Shown here piece after piece: positions 63,746 to 64,000 of a stretch of DNA of 64,000 bases (positions within the stretch are counted from its first letter, which is position 1; every line of letters starts with the position of its first letter). The translations under genes were made by a program, and so were the position numbers. Under the pieces are notes generated by a model, which saw nothing but the letters and a program-made list of their open reading frames with translations, was not told where the DNA came from and did not search any database. The DNA is taken from positions 59,327,224 to 59,391,223 of the forward strand of contig NC_068981.1 in assembly GCF_001194135.2 (NCBI RefSeq). Direction: 5' to 3'. The stretch is from Octopus bimaculoides. Its lineage: Eukaryota.

Positions 63746-64000
63746 GATGTTTCAATACCAGCAGATGACAACGTTTCTCTAAAAGAAATGGAAAAACTTT
63801 CAAAATACAAAGACCTGGAAATAGAGATAACTCGAATGTGGAATCTAAAAACAGAAACAATTCCTATCATAGTAGGTGCCTTAGGTATAATAAAAAATAT
63901 TCAGACAAATACATAACAAAAACACCAGGACTTACAAATATATATAACATACAGAAAATTGCACTACTGGGTACTGCACACATTCTACGCAAAACACTTT
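63742..64000 (+). mobile_element. 5'-truncated R4/Dong-like LINE, RLE endonuclease C-terminus (runs off the window)
   Basis: IDVSIPADDNVSLKEMEKLSKYKDLEIEITRMWNLKTETIPIIVGALG..IQKIALLGTAHILRKTL. Confidence 0.85.

Overview
Eukaryotic, AT-rich, gap-ridden draft assembly. N runs almost always abut microsatellites. The repeat families and microsatellite density resemble an octopod cephalopod genome (inference, not confirmed). No complete host gene, rRNA, bona fide tRNA or CRISPR array is visible, and most ORF-track entries are translated microsatellites or N gaps. The window is a transposon graveyard. It holds at least 7 Penelope-like element (PLE) remnants (RT and/or GIY-YIG), R4/Dong-like RLE LINE ends, a Tx1/L1-like LINE, RTE and CR1/L2-like fragments, a Helitron RepHel N-terminus, a mariner MITE and two abundant tRNA-derived SINE families. 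The clearest non-obvious structure is a recurring set of minimal type I hammerhead ribozyme (HHR) motifs. They sit in PLE pseudo-LTRs, in their inverted copies, and near the centres of three fold-back palindromes. One palindrome carries a G3:C8 compensatory core swap in both arms. There is also a head-to-head palindrome of two tRNA-like Pol III heads. A few isolated small exons on the + strand are possible but unproven.
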